Shown: positions 46,890 through 59,590 of the stretch, in pieces
Position numbering within the stretch: the stretch's first letter is position 1
How the letters are laid out: the number at the start of each line of letters is the position of its first letter
Assembly: GCA_031268885.1 (NCBI GenBank)
Contig: JAIRWR010000029.1
Location: 5,120 to 69,119, forward strand
Direction of reading: 5' to 3'
Length of the DNA: 64,000 nucleotides
Origin: Synergistaceae bacterium
GTDB taxonomy: Bacteria; Synergistota; Synergistia; Synergistales; Synergistaceae
Made by a program: the position numbers and the translations under genes
Notes under the pieces: model-generated
What the model was told of the DNA's origin: nothing
What the model saw: the letters and a program-made list of their open reading frames with translations, nothing else
Database searches by the model: none

Positions 46890-48821
46890 ATGCGCGCGCT
46901 TGACGGATATGTCCGCGTGGCGGCAGCCACTCCGCCCATAAGAGTTGCCGACTGTGCTCGCAACGCGGAGCGAATCCTCTCCTCTATGAGGAGGGCCGCG
47001 GAGGATGGCGTCAGACTGCTGTGCCTTCCCGAACTCTGCGTCACGGGCTATACCTGTGGGGATCTGTTCTTGCAGGAGACCTTGCTTAAGAGCGCATGTG
47101 ACGCTCTGGCGTATCTTGTCCGGGAGAGCGCGGGGATCCCCTTGATCGCGGCGGCCGGCATACCTCTCGCGCACGGCGGGAAGCTGTTCAACACCGCGGC
47201 GATCTTCGGCTGCGGTAAGCTGCTCGGCTTTGTGCCAAAGACGCATATGCCAAACTATAACGAATTCTATGAACTCCGCCACTTCTCACCGGCCTTGAAG
47301 GATATGTTGTCAGTCAATTCCTGCGGCTGCGAGGTTCCGTTTGGGACGAGGTCCATCTTTCAATGCGATCGCGAACCGTCGTTCAAGTTTGCGGTGGAGA
47401 TATGCGAGGATCTCTGGGTGCCGGCCGCGCCAAGCTGTTTTCACGCTATGGCCGGCGCGGCAATCATATTAAACCTGTCGGCGAGCGACGAGACAATAGG
47501 CAAGGCGGCGTACAGGAGGACGCTTGCTGCCGGGCAGTCGGCAAGGCTTGTATGCGGCTATGTCTACGCCGATGCCGGGCACGGCGAGAGCAGCAGCGAC
47601 GTAGTGTTCGGCGGCCATAATTTTATCTGCGAGAACGGCGAAACGCTCTCCGAATCACCGCCGTTCGGGGATGGATGGGCCGCGGCTGAGATAGATCTGT
47701 TTTCAATAGAGCATGACCGCAGGCGCATTAATACGTGGAACAGAGACGAGAGTGGTTACTCCACGGTTCGCTTCTCCCTCGACGTCAGAACGAACTCCTT
47801 ACGCCGCAGAGTGGATCCTCACCCCTTTGTCCCCAGCGACGAGAACGAGAAGAACCTGCGCTGTGAGGCCATACTGGATATGCAGGCGGCCGGCGTCGGA
47901 AAGCGCGTTGAGCACACCGGCGCAAAAACCGCTGTCATCGGCATATCGGGCGGGCTGGACAGTTGCCTCGCCCTGCTTGTGACGGCGAGGGCGTTTGCTA
48001 AGCTCGGAAGGCCCATGTCCGACATCGTCGCGGTCACGATGCCGTGTTTTGGCACGACATCCAGGACCAAATCTAACGCGATCAGGCTTTGCGAGGCCAT
48101 AGGAATAAAATGCCGCGAAATTTGTATCACCGACTCGGTGAAGTTGCACTTGAGCGATATAGGCGCGTCCGAGGAGGCCCGTGACGTGGTATATGAAAAC
48201 GCTCAGGCGCGTATCAGGACGCTAGTGCTGATGAGCCTGGCGAACCAGTCCGGCGGCATAGTGGTCGGAACTGGCGACCTCTCGGAGCTAGCGCTTGGCT
48301 GGGCTACCTATAACGGCGACCACATGAGCATGTACGGAGTAAATGCCGGCGTTCCAAAGACCCTCGTCAGGCACATAGTGAGATACGTCGCCGAGGCGAC
48401 CCCTCCGCTCAGGGATGTCCTGGAGGATATCCTAGCCACCCCCGTGAGCCCGGAACTGCTGCCGCCCTCCGGTGACGACATCAGCCAGCAGACCGAGGAC
48501 ATCGTGGGGCCTTACGAGCTGCATGACTTCTTCCTGTACCACGCGGTCCGGTGGGGACGCCGTCCGGCGAGGGTATTCGCCATGTGCGAACTGGCCTTCG
48601 GTGACTCGTATCCGCCCAGCGTGATTTTGAAATGGCTTCGCGTATTCTACCGCAGATTCTTCGCGCAGCAGTTCAAGCGCAACTGCCTTCCCGACGGCCC
48701 AAAGATCGGTTCCGTCACGCTCTCACCACGCGGCGACTGGCGTATGCCCAGTGACGCCGACAGCTCGGCATGGATCAAGGAACTGGATGAGATAGAAATA
48801 GACGAAAGTCCGGAGGGATAA
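46890..48821 (+). CDS. nadE: Glutamine-dependent NAD+ synthetase (nitrilase domain + NAD synthetase domain).
   Basis: CN-hydrolase block EICEDLW, then the PP-loop GISGGLDS. Confidence 0.9.
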   Translation: MRALDGYVRVAAATPPIRVADCARNAERILSSMRRAAEDGVRLLCLPELCVTGYTCGDLFLQETLLKSACDALAYLVRESAGIPLIAAAGIPLAHGGKLFNTAAIFGCGKLLGFVPKTHMPNYNEFYELRHFSPALKDMLSVNSCGCEVPFGTRSIFQCDREPSFKFAVEICEDLWVPAAPSCFHAMAGAAIILNLSASDETIGKAAYRRTLAAGQSARLVCGYVYADAGHGESSSDVVFGGHNFICENGETLSESPPFGDGWAAAEIDLFSIEHDRRRINTWNRDESGYSTVRFSLDVRTNSLRRRVDPHPFVPSDENEKNLRCEAILDMQAAGVGKRVEHTGAKTAVIGISGGLDSCLALLVTARAFAKLGRPMSDIVAVTMPCFGTTSRTKSNAIRLCEAIGIKCREICITDSVKLHLSDIGASEEARDVVYENAQARIRTLVLMSLANQSGGIVVGTGDLSELALGWATYNGDHMSMYGVNAGVPKTLVRHIVRYVAEATPPLRDVLEDILATPVSPELLPPSGDDISQQTEDIVGPYELHDFFLYHAVRWGRRPARVFAMCELAFGDSYPPSVILKWLRVFYRRFFAQQFKRNCLPDGPKIGSVTLSPRGDWRMPSDADSSAWIKELDEIEIDESPEG

Positions 48822-48933
48822 GAACGATGCCGGACGCGCTAAGAGTTCGAGTTCCCATGCCGGGAAGCGCGTAAGAGCATGGAGTAGCGAGCGCTCGTTA
48901 CTACTTAGCGGCAATGATTGCCATAGACATTGC

Positions 48934-50091
48934 TTAGGATTCCTCATTATCGTTCACAGTTCCGATATGCGGAAGCGTGTCGAGTATTGACTGAAAGTAC
49001 TTTAACGTTTCAGGTACATCGATATTTTGTGGGCAAATTTTTTTACATTTCCCGCAATTGATACACGCGGATGGCCGTTTACTCGGTTTTAGCCCGTCAA
49101 CTATCATTCTCACTATGACAGAAGGTTCATAGCGGCAGTCGTTGTATAGCGCCAGCAGGTTGGGAATGTTCAACTCCTTTGGACAGTCCGGACAACAGTA
49201 CCGACAGGCAGTACAGGGGAGCATATCCGCAAGCCCCGCTATGATTTCTTCATATAGTTTTTTTTCACCGGCATTCAGTGGTTTTTCTTCGCGGAAAGTG
49301 TTGATGTTATCCCATACTTGCTCCATAGTCGTCATTCCGCTCAATGTCACGCTAATCCGCGGTAATGATTGAATCCACCTGAATGCCCACGCTGCCATGC
49401 TCTCATCAGGACGTTCCGCTTTGAGTTTTTTCTCGTTTTCGGCGGAGAACGACGCCAATTTGCCACCCCTGACAGGCTCCATTATCCAAACCGGAATGTT
49501 GCGCCCCATCAAGAATTCATACTTCTTTCTTGCGTCCTGCAAGAACCAGTCAAGCGCGTTGATTTCAAGTTGACAGAATTCCTTTTTATCGCCGTGGAGT
49601 TCCATAAATTTCAAAAAGGTTTCCATTCCGGCGTGACAAGAGAACCCGAAAAAACGAATACGTCCCGCATTTTTCTGTTCCAACAGATAGTCGATAATTC
49701 CCCACTTGGAGTTGAGATATGTCTTGATAGTGTTTTCGTTGACATTGTGTAACAGATAGAAGTCGAAGTATTCCACTCCACACTTATGAAGCTGCTCTTC
49801 AAATACATCAGCAGGATTCCACTCCGTTCGCGCTTCGTAACCTGGGAACTTGTCCGCCAGACACCATGTCTCACGTGGAAAACGCGCAAGTGATCTGCCG
49901 ATAAACCGCTCTGATTCTCCGCCATGATAGCCATAAGCGGTGTCGAAGTAATTCACGCCGTTCTCATAGGCATACGCTAACATCTTGTCCGCTTCAAATG
50001 TGTCAATCGCTCCATTTTCGAGCGTTGGCAGACGCATATTTCCGAAACCGAGCGCGGATAGTTTCAATCCTTGAAAGTTTTTATACAGCAC
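48934..50091 (-). CDS. Aldo/keto reductase with a C-terminal 4Fe-4S ferredoxin-like domain.
   Basis: YFDTAYGYHGGESERFIG. C-terminal CTACRYCCPDCP and CINCGKCKKICP. GTG start lies 6 nt after AAGGAGA. Confidence 0.85.
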   Translation of the reverse strand: MLYKNFQGLKLSALGFGNMRLPTLENGAIDTFEADKMLAYAYENGVNYFDTAYGYHGGESERFIGRSLARFPRETWCLADKFPGYEARTEWNPADVFEEQLHKCGVEYFDFYLLHNVNENTIKTYLNSKWGIIDYLLEQKNAGRIRFFGFSCHAGMETFLKFMELHGDKKEFCQLEINALDWFLQDARKKYEFLMGRNIPVWIMEPVRGGKLASFSAENEKKLKAERPDESMAAWAFRWIQSLPRISVTLSGMTTMEQVWDNINTFREEKPLNAGEKKLYEEIIAGLADMLPCTACRYCCPDCPKELNIPNLLALYNDCRYEPSVIVRMIVDGLKPSKRPSACINCGKCKKICPQNIDVPETLKYFQSILDTLPHIGTVNDNEES

Positions 50092-50129
50092 TCTGTGTCT
50101 CCTTTATAAAAAGTCCATCTTGGGCCGGT

Positions 50130-50804
50130 TCAGTTAATTGATTGCGGCATTAACGTACCTTCAATCGTTAAGATGCCATTGGAGTAGCCAACCATTAATA
50201 TTCCGTTATATTTACGGCTGGCATCGGTTTCAGCGGTATCTGGCCTCCATTGAATCTTACTCCAATCAATAGAGTTCCAATCTGTTGCTGTGCTGCCGGG
50301 CAGTATGTATTCCGGCTTTAGATTGACAGGAACAAGCGCGTTAGTTACGGTTATCCCTTCAGCCTTTGAAAAGGCGTTTCTAATATCAACTTGTTTTCTG
50401 TCATCAGTTCTAATTTGATACAATGTGCCATCCAGTATAAAACGGACAACAAGCTTTTGACCTTCTTCGAGTACCGTTAAATGGAAAAGATCCGTGTACC
50501 TTGTTGGACATATCGGAAATAACAACAACTGCCGAAGCCCAACTGGAATAGTATATCTTCTGGTTGTTGTTGAATCATACCGGACGGCGTCAAGCTCTCC
50601 GGTTGACCGTGCCTTGCTTGCGCCTGTTACCGCGTCTAAAGAATCTTGTATATTTATGTTGCCAGTTGACCAATTAAGATAATTTCCTGTCGGTTCTGTT
50701 CTAAGAACATTGTACCGAAAGTCAATGGAAACTTCTTGTGCCGCTGCTGAAAGATTGGCAACAAACACCAACACAATACCTATTAAAAATGATTTTTTCA
50801 TCAT
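50130..50804 (-). CDS. Secreted protein of unknown family carrying an ApbE-type flavinylation motif (DAVTGAS).
   Basis: Signal peptide MMKKSFLIGIVLVFVANLSAAA behind AAGGAGG. The motif SLDAVTGASKARS lies about 35 aa after the predicted cleavage site. Confidence 0.6.
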   Translation of the reverse strand: MMKKSFLIGIVLVFVANLSAAAQEVSIDFRYNVLRTEPTGNYLNWSTGNINIQDSLDAVTGASKARSTGELDAVRYDSTTTRRYTIPVGLRQLLLFPICPTRYTDLFHLTVLEEGQKLVVRFILDGTLYQIRTDDRKQVDIRNAFSKAEGITVTNALVPVNLKPEYILPGSTATDWNSIDWSKIQWRPDTAETDASRKYNGILMVGYSNGILTIEGTLMPQSIN

Positions 50805-50893
50805 TTTCTCCTCCTTAAAGTATTTATCCAAGTCCCGCAGTACGGCAGTGTGTGTCTACTCTTGTAATTCTTTGTCCTTCATTCTTCAAAACC

Positions 50894-51286
50894 CTACCAA
50901 ACCAATTTCTTTTCCACCTCTAAAACGGCGGTATCATAGTTCGCAATCTTGAAATCAAGTTTTCCCAGTATTCCTTGCAATTCCGCTATTCGTTCCGCCA
51001 GTCGGTCCCGTTGTTCCTTCAGGATCGTCTTCCGGTTTTTCTGCGTGTCATTCCCTTGCTTAAAAAGGTTCACATACTCAATCAATACTTCAATGGGAAT
51101 ATTCGCTATCCGCATACATTTAATAAATCCGACCCATTCTATATCCTTATCACTATAATCCCTTATGCCACTCTTGCCCCGTCTTACCGGCGGGATCAAC
51201 CCCACCCGTTCATAGTAGCGTAGGGTGTCTATTGATAATTCATACTTTTTGCTCACTTCGGCTATGGTCATCTTTTTTTTCTCCAA
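50894..51286 (-). CDS. MerR-family transcriptional regulator.
   Basis: MTIAEVSKKYELSIDTLRYYERVGLIPPVRR...RDYSDKDIEWVGFIKCMR plus a coiled-coil C-terminus. Confidence 0.9.
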   Translation of the reverse strand: MEKKKMTIAEVSKKYELSIDTLRYYERVGLIPPVRRGKSGIRDYSDKDIEWVGFIKCMRIANIPIEVLIEYVNLFKQGNDTQKNRKTILKEQRDRLAERIAELQGILGKLDFKIANYDTAVLEVEKKLVW

Positions 51287-51376
51287 AAAATCGTTTTATA
51301 CAAAGCTCCAGATTTCAGGACATTTTTTACCCTGCCGAGTATCGCCCAATGTTATGAACTATATTGGGTGATATAT

Positions 51377-51994
51377 CTACAGTTTTAGACCTCTTACCCA
51401 TGTTGTTACTCTTTCGGTTATTTGCCTATCGCTGGCGACGTTGTTAAAATTTATGCCGCCCCTTGGAAGCGCGTTCTTAGCTTGTGCCTCGATATCGCTT
51501 ACTGCGGCGCCTGGCCCGCCTTGAGCTGTCGAAAATGCCGCCATGGGTTTTCCTCCAAAATCTGTCTGATGGAGTAGCTCTGTTACCGGCAGTGATGATG
51601 AGCCCCACCATACCGGTGTCCCGACAAAGATGAAATCATAGGAAGCAATATCGATATTCAAATTTTTTATCGGTGGATAAGCTCCCTGTAGCTGCTGTTC
51701 TCTCGCCCATTGTATAAATTGAGGATACTCCATTTCTGGAAACGGTGTTGCCGGCTCCACTTTGACGATATCCGCGTCTGTCAGCTCCTGTATTATTTTA
51801 GCGACCTTCTCGGTATTGGCGTTTTCTGAGTAGGAATAGTACAGCACCAATACTCTCCCCAAATTACTCTGCTGCGCGCTCTGCCCGAATGAAAGAACGG
51901 CTGTGCAGAATAGCAGACCAAAAACCGCAATGCTCCCTACTATGATCTTTTTCATATTGTCCTCCTCCAACGGAAAATTTTTTTTGACGTACAT
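51377..51994 (-). CDS. Flavodoxin-family protein with an N-terminal signal peptide or anchor.
   Basis: VLVLYYSYSENANTEKVAK and FVGTPVWWGS flavodoxin blocks, preceded by MKKIIVGSIAVFGLLFCTAVLSFG. Both ATG 51994 (AGGAGG upstream) and ATG 51955 (GGAGGAGG upstream) are plausible starts. Confidence 0.8.
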   Translation of the reverse strand: MYVKKNFPLEEDNMKKIIVGSIAVFGLLFCTAVLSFGQSAQQSNLGRVLVLYYSYSENANTEKVAKIIQELTDADIVKVEPATPFPEMEYPQFIQWAREQQLQGAYPPIKNLNIDIASYDFIFVGTPVWWGSSSLPVTELLHQTDFGGKPMAAFSTAQGGPGAAVSDIEAQAKNALPRGGINFNNVASDRQITERVTTWVRGLKL

Positions 51995-52015
51995 ATGAAC
52001 CTCCTAATATTCTGA

Positions 52016-52046
52016 ACTGTACCGGCTGGAGTTAACTCCAGTCAAG
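52016..52046 (-). promoter_or_regulatory. MerR-type promoter with a long spacer containing a 16-bp palindrome, upstream of the flavodoxin-merR unit.
   Basis: The reverse strand reads (C)TTGACT, an 18-19 nt spacer, then TACAGT. The spacer contains the perfect palindrome CTGGAGTTAACTCCAG (52026-52041). Confidence 0.45.
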
Positions 52047-52257
52047 TACTTTTACAGAATTCTTGTGACGGCTGAAAAGACGTTCGCGGCCACTCATTGT
52101 CCGGCAATGGCGTTGTCAACCCGCCGTGCGTTTATTAAATCAATGTCACCGCAAAGGCGCGTCTCTCGATGCCAAGCGTCATTCCGCGGCGGCATCCTCT
52201 CCCAGGGTGTTTGGATGCTGGTGGTATGAGCCTCGCTCTTGTGATAGAATATTCACG

Positions 52258-53607
52258 ATGGGATTTATTTTCGGGGGGCATGGAGAAGTGAAAATCGTTT
52301 CGCAAAACGGACGCCTGACCTGGGGTGGGCTTGATGTAGTTCGTCTGGCGGAAGAGCACGGTACTCCTCTTTACGTCATGTCTGAGGACATGATTGTCGA
52401 TCGCATACGCCAAATTCGAGATCGTTTTTTGGACAGGCACGAGCGAACGAGGGCCGCCTACGCGAGCAAGGCGTTTCTCACCGGCGCGATGGCGTGCATC
52501 GTCAGGCGCGAAAACCTCTGGCTCGATGTCGTATCGGGCGGTGAGTTGCACACAGCGCTCCTCTCGAATTTTCCGATGGAAAGAGTCCTGTTTCATGGCA
52601 GCGCGAAGTCGAAGCCGGAGCTGACATACGCCGTCAAGCTTGGAGCAGGGCGCGTCGTAGTGGACAATATGACGGAGATGGAGAGGCTGTCGGACATAGC
52701 CCAATCAGAGGGTGTTTTGCAGAAAATACTGATCCGAGTATCCCCAGGAGTCGATTCACACACGCACAAATATATCCAGACCGGTGGGTTGGACAGCAAA
52801 TTCGGCATACCGCTTCGCGGGAACGGTCTCATAGAGGCCATAAGATTCGTCATGAACTCCGCCTCTCTCGAATTGGAGGGGTTTCACTTTCATATTGGTT
52901 CCCAGCTGAAAGACCCAGAGTCGCATGTACTAGCGGCAAAGGCCCTGGTCTCTCGCGTCGGTGAGCTTCGGACTGACGCCGGGTACTCTCCCAGGGAGAT
53001 TAACGTCGGCGGCGGATTCGCGGCGGCCTTCAGCCCCAGTGAAGAATCGGCTGAGATAGGGACATTTCTTGATCCGGTCATGAAAACGTTCGACGAATAC
53101 TTCGAAGCGGAGGGGATCGCGCGCCCCATCGTCTGCATAGAGCCTGGGCGTTGGATTGTATCGGAGGCCGGCATCACCCTCTACAGGGTGGAAAACGTCA
53201 AGGATATGCCGGGAACCGCCACATACGTCGCTGTAGACGGAGGTATGGCCGACAATCCGCGTCCGTCCCTGTACGGCGCCGAGTACTGCGCTTTTGTCGC
53301 GAACAAGATGGACGAGCCTGCCGGCGCGCCGGTGACGATAGTAGGACGCTGCTGCGAATCCGGAGATGTGATCGTGCGCGACGCGCGCTTGCCGATGTGC
53401 GAACGGGAAGATATCATAGCTGTTCTGTCGACAGGAGCTTACAACTATTCGATGGCAAGCCGTTATAATATGCTACCCCGCCCAGCGGTGCTGTTGATAT
53501 CGAACGGCATCGCCGATACGATAGTGCGCGGGGAGACGTGGGACGACCTTGCCAGGTACGACTTTATACCGGAGCGCCTGAGGGCCAGCGGGCAGGGCGC
53601 TTTTTGA
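52258..53607 (+). CDS. lysA: Diaminopimelate decarboxylase.
   Basis: GTPLYV, HFHIGSQ and CESGD blocks. The start MGFIFGG at 52258 is preferred over the track start 52126. Confidence 0.9.
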   Translation: MGFIFGGHGEVKIVSQNGRLTWGGLDVVRLAEEHGTPLYVMSEDMIVDRIRQIRDRFLDRHERTRAAYASKAFLTGAMACIVRRENLWLDVVSGGELHTALLSNFPMERVLFHGSAKSKPELTYAVKLGAGRVVVDNMTEMERLSDIAQSEGVLQKILIRVSPGVDSHTHKYIQTGGLDSKFGIPLRGNGLIEAIRFVMNSASLELEGFHFHIGSQLKDPESHVLAAKALVSRVGELRTDAGYSPREINVGGGFAAAFSPSEESAEIGTFLDPVMKTFDEYFEAEGIARPIVCIEPGRWIVSEAGITLYRVENVKDMPGTATYVAVDGGMADNPRPSLYGAEYCAFVANKMDEPAGAPVTIVGRCCESGDVIVRDARLPMCEREDIIAVLSTGAYNYSMASRYNMLPRPAVLLISNGIADTIVRGETWDDLARYDFIPERLRASGQGAF

Positions 53608-53608
53608 A

Positions 53609-55384
53609 ATGGGCGACGACGTAAGCGAGATCAAGTCGCGAATCGACATCGTCGAACTTATAGGGGACTACGTCCATCTGCGGAAAACAGGCTCGACTCA
53701 TTGGGGACTCTGCCCTTTTCACGGCGAAAAGACGCCATCCTTTGCCGTTTCCAGCGAGAGAGGAACATTTCACTGTTTTGGCTGCAACAAGGGCGGAAAT
53801 ATCTTCACATTTGTGATGGAGATGGAAGGATTGTCGTTTCGCGAGGCGCTGGAAACACTGGCTGCCCGTGCCGGAGTGCGGCTCTCGGGGGGGCGGCGCG
53901 CGAGTCAACGGGGAGTGGGCGAGAAAAAGGACGAAAGGGCCATACTGGAGGCCGCTTGCAAATTCTTCAGACAAGCACTGAAGGGACCGGGCGGTTCCGC
54001 GGCGATGGCCTACCTCTCCCGGCGTGGCGTCGGTGACAACGAGTGTAGCCTGTTTGAGCTTGGCTGGGCGCCGCAATCGTGGGATGGAATGTCGAAACAC
54101 CTGAGGTCGCTGGGGTATTCTATCGATGACGCTATATCATCAGGGCTTGCGGTTAGGGGAGAGAGAGGGACTTATGACAGGTTCCGCGGCAGAATTATCT
54201 TTCCAATTCGCGACAGGATGGCAAAAATTACGGGTTTTGGAGGGAGACTTATAGACGGAGAGGGCGCAAAGTATATAAACAGTCCTGAGTCCGCTCTGTT
54301 CAGCAAGAGGCACAACCTATACCTGATGCACGAGGCTAAAAAAAACATCAGGGAACGCGGACGAGTGATTCTGATGGAGGGCTATATGGACGCGATCAGG
54401 GCTCACCTCTCCGGCTTCACCGAGACGGTGGCATCGCTCGGAACCTCGCTCACGGACGAGCAGGCGAAGCTAATAAAGAGCATCGGCGACCTCTGTTACG
54501 TTGCGTATGACGCGGACGGAGCCGGACAGGAGGCGTCGATCAGGGGGATGTACATTCTCAACAGGCACGGTATAGAGGTCAAGGTCGTCGCCCTGCCGGA
54601 GGGCATGGATCCGGATGACATGCTCTCAAAGAGCGGTGGCGGCGAGAAGTTCGGCAGTCTTTTGGATTCCGCTATGCCGTTGCCGCTCTATCACGTACAC
54701 GCTCGCCGGCACGATCTCAATACGCCCGGGCGCGCTCTGAAGGCGCGCGAGGAAGTTTTCTCCAGCCTAGCGTCGCTGCCGTGGCTTGACGTAAGGAGTC
54801 ATATTCCTAAGATAGCCGTCGTCTTCGCCCTCAAGCAGCACGAGGTGGAAGACGAGATACAGAGTCACAAGAAGAGAGAGAGGGCGTCGTCTTACGATGA
54901 GGATATCAGCGGTCGATCGGATGTATTCATGGGTATGGGCGGGAGAACGGCATCGCAGAGGAATAAGGAGCTGGACCTGGAGTGCGCGTTCTGTAGCCTC
55001 ATCTGGAGCGACGAGGCGCTGAGGACGGAGCTGGCTTGTTCGATGGAGGGACCAGAACTGCTTCAGCTCTTTTCGGACGAAGCGACGTCGGGCGTTGTCG
55101 CCGCCCTCGTATCCGGAGAGAACCCCAATGAACTGGAGGAGAGATGGAGGCATATCGGCGAGCGAGATCTCCCAAGCCGCATAACGAGAGGAGATGCCGT
55201 GCTTGCCTGGGGAGAGCTGGGAGCGCGGCATATCGATAAGATAATCGATTCCCTGCGTGTGAATATGGCGCGCAGGCGGTACGAGACGCTGAAACCCCTC
55301 GTTCTGTCGGAGAGGGCGACGAGGAATGATATTGCCGAGTACCACAGATGGGCCAAGAAATTGAAGGGAGGAGGGGGATCATGA
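53609..55384 (+). CDS. dnaG: DNA primase.
   Basis: Zinc ribbon [11 protein letters not shown]...[11 protein letters not shown] and TOPRIM block [10 protein letters not shown]. Confidence 0.95.
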   Translation: MGDDVSEIKSRIDIVELIGDYVHLRKTGSTHWGLCPFHGEKTPSFAVSSERGTFHCFGCNKGGNIFTFVMEMEGLSFREALETLAARAGVRLSGGRRASQRGVGEKKDERAILEAACKFFRQALKGPGGSAAMAYLSRRGVGDNECSLFELGWAPQSWDGMSKHLRSLGYSIDDAISSGLAVRGERGTYDRFRGRIIFPIRDRMAKITGFGGRLIDGEGAKYINSPESALFSKRHNLYLMHEAKKNIRERGRVILMEGYMDAIRAHLSGFTETVASLGTSLTDEQAKLIKSIGDLCYVAYDADGAGQEASIRGMYILNRHGIEVKVVALPEGMDPDDMLSKSGGGEKFGSLLDSAMPLPLYHVHARRHDLNTPGRALKAREEVFSSLASLPWLDVRSHIPKIAVVFALKQHEVEDEIQSHKKRERASSYDEDISGRSDVFMGMGGRTASQRNKELDLECAFCSLIWSDEALRTELACSMEGPELLQLFSDEATSGVVAALVSGENPNELEERWRHIGERDLPSRITRGDAVLAWGELGARHIDKIIDSLRVNMARRRYETLKPLVLSERATRNDIAEYHRWAKKLKGGGGS

Positions 55385-56634
55385 CGTCCGATCTGCTTGA
55401 TGAAGACGCGGAATCCAGCATCATCCGCGAGGAAAAGGCCGAGATGAACGATGTCATGGACGTTATAAACGAGGAGGACAAGATCGACGCGGAACACGGC
55501 GATCTGCCGATTCCTCCAGTTTCGCCTGTAGCCGGCGACCTGCCTGCCGAGGAGATGATGGACTATATAGACAGCATAAGGGATCTCCTGCACACCGGGA
55601 GGGAGAAGGGCTTCGTCACATACGAGGACATCGAGAAGAGGCTGCCGAAGGAGATACTCTCCACAGAGGTGCTCGACAACATCTATCTCAATATAATGGA
55701 GCTCGGCATCGACGTAGTGGATGAACCTAAGGACAAGGACGACCTGGAGGATGAGGCTATTCCTCTCATGCCAGGAAGCAAGGACGATTCAGTGCTCGAC
55801 GAACTGCCGCTGTCCGACCCGGTTCGTATGTATCTCCGCGAGATAGGCAAGATCTCGCTCCTCACGGCTGACGAGGAAGTGAGGCTGGCAAAAGGGGTGG
55901 AGGCCGGCGATTCGACGGCCAAGGCGCACCTGGTGGGAGCGAACCTGCGTCTTGTGGTCAGCATAGCCAAGAAGTATATCGGCCGCGGAATGCTGTTTCT
56001 TGACCTGATCCAGGAGGGAAACCTCGGGTTGATCCGGGCAGTGGAAAAATTCGACTATCAGAAGGGATTCAAATTCAGCACATACGCGACATGGTGGATA
56101 CGCCAGGCGATAACAAGGGCCATTGCGGATCAAGCCCGCACCATCCGTATACCTGTCCACATGGTGGAGACCATAAACAAGCTGATCCGGATCTCACGTC
56201 AGCTCGTACAGCGCCTCGGACGGGAGCCGACCGCCGAGGAGATAGCCGTTGAGATGGAGATATCATCCGAAAGGGTGGAGGAGATACAGCGTATTGCTCA
56301 GGAACCTGTGTCACTGGAGACCCCGATAGGAGAGGAAGAGGACAGTCAGCTCGGCGACTTCCTTGAGGACAAGGAGATGCCGAACCCGGAGGAGGTTGCA
56401 GCCAGCATGATACTCCGCGAACAGTTGGAGGAGATGCTGGCGGATTTGAGTGAGCGCGAAAGGGAGGTTTTGCGTCTGAGATTCGGCTTGGAGGACGGGC
56501 ACGCGCATACCCTGGAGGACGTGGGCAGGAGGTTCGGCGTAACGAGGGAGCGCATCCGCCAGATAGAGGCCAAGGCGCTGCGCAAACTTCGCCACCCCAG
56601 CAGAAGCAAAAGACTGAAGGATTTTCTCGATTAG
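55381..56634 (+). CDS. rpoD: RNA polymerase primary sigma factor.
   Basis: Regions 1.2-4 including [30 protein letters not shown] 55381 lies behind GGAGGAGGGGG and overlaps the dnaG stop (ATGA). Confidence 0.95.
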   Translation: MTSDLLDEDAESSIIREEKAEMNDVMDVINEEDKIDAEHGDLPIPPVSPVAGDLPAEEMMDYIDSIRDLLHTGREKGFVTYEDIEKRLPKEILSTEVLDNIYLNIMELGIDVVDEPKDKDDLEDEAIPLMPGSKDDSVLDELPLSDPVRMYLREIGKISLLTADEEVRLAKGVEAGDSTAKAHLVGANLRLVVSIAKKYIGRGMLFLDLIQEGNLGLIRAVEKFDYQKGFKFSTYATWWIRQAITRAIADQARTIRIPVHMVETINKLIRISRQLVQRLGREPTAEEIAVEMEISSERVEEIQRIAQEPVSLETPIGEEEDSQLGDFLEDKEMPNPEEVAASMILREQLEEMLADLSEREREVLRLRFGLEDGHAHTLEDVGRRFGVTRERIRQIEAKALRKLRHPSRSKRLKDFLD

Positions 56635-56646
56635 CGGCCGCGGTTC

Positions 56647-58605
<1,959 letters not shown>

Positions 58606-58715
58606 AGAACATTATGGCTGTTTAGTTGTCTTTGCGGTCTGTTTATTCCAAATGAAGCCGGGGGCATCTCCCGGCATGGTCAGCCTTACCAACGTTTTGG
58701 AAGGGGCCTTTGCGT

Positions 58716-59360
58716 ATGAAGGTTGCAGAACTTACAATCGAGCGATTGGTGCAGTATCGCCGTCTTCTCGAAACGCTGAAGGAGGAGGGGTATCGTGTTG
58801 TCTCCAGCCAGCAGATAGGCGACTTGCTCGGCATAAAAGCGAGTCAGGTCAGAAAGGATCTGTCGTATTTCGGCGAGATAGGAAAACGCGGTGTCGGATA
58901 CCATGTAGGGCGGCTGCGCGATCATATAGCCGAAATTCTGGCGTCTCCCAAAATATGGAGAATAGCACTGGCGGGAGTCGGTAATATGGGCACCGCGCTC
59001 CTCTCAAACCCGGCTTTCCACACGAAGAAGATACGTTTCGAGGCGCTTTTCGACGCGGACCAGCGTAAGATAGGCCGGGACATATCCGGAATTCACTGTT
59101 GGAACTACACCGACATTCCGTCCGTTATGGCATACAGAGGAATAGAGATCCTCATACTCGCCGTTCCGGCGAAGGCCGCTCAGAGTTGCGTGGATCTCGC
59201 CATATCGTCTGGGGTTTTGAGGGGGGTATTGGCGCTGACCCAAGGGCCTCTTGTTGTTCCGGACGAAATTTTTGTGGTCAGGGTCGATATCATGGCCGAA
59301 CTGGAGAAGCTCCTCTTCTTCCTGAAACAGCCGATATCGACCGGCTCGGTTGTCCCCTGA
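58716..59360 (+). CDS. rex: Redox-sensing transcriptional repressor Rex.
   Basis: RLVQYRRLLE...SSQQIGDLLGIKASQVRKDLSYFGEIGKRGVGY plus a Rossmann block (ALAGVGNMG). Confidence 0.9.
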   Translation: MKVAELTIERLVQYRRLLETLKEEGYRVVSSQQIGDLLGIKASQVRKDLSYFGEIGKRGVGYHVGRLRDHIAEILASPKIWRIALAGVGNMGTALLSNPAFHTKKIRFEALFDADQRKIGRDISGIHCWNYTDIPSVMAYRGIEILILAVPAKAAQSCVDLAISSGVLRGVLALTQGPLVVPDEIFVVRVDIMAELEKLLFFLKQPISTGSVVP

Positions 59361-59590
59361 CGCGGCATACTTCAGCGTGTGCGCCGCGAAAGGTTTTGGG
59401 AAAATATTACGGTATCGTGTGGTCTTTTGTTGAATTCATGATAAAATGTTCGTCGTTTGATCCCTTCGACGCCGCGCGCCGAAAAGACGCTTCTTTAAAA
59501 TATGTCAGCGCGGAAGCGTTTTTTCGCGCAGAGTTTCAGCAGTGACCACAGAGAAACGGGTTTTGTAAGAGCTAGAATGGAGGGGGTTTT

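Noticed and set aside
51995-52257. Lysine (L-box) riboswitch upstream of lysA.
   Set aside because: No AGAGGCGC-type L-box core or matching helices are seen on the plus strand. The interval instead holds the MerR-type promoter for the opposite strand.
48822-52257. The 8-nt repeat CGGCAATG on both sides of the second AT-richer islet as att-like scars.
   Set aside because: It is too short to be distinguishable from chance.
59427-59445. Rex operator-like sequence TTGTTGAATTCATGATAA downstream of rex.
   Set aside because: Only the first half-site resembles TTGTTAA/TTGTGAA. The second half does not match the inverted half-site.
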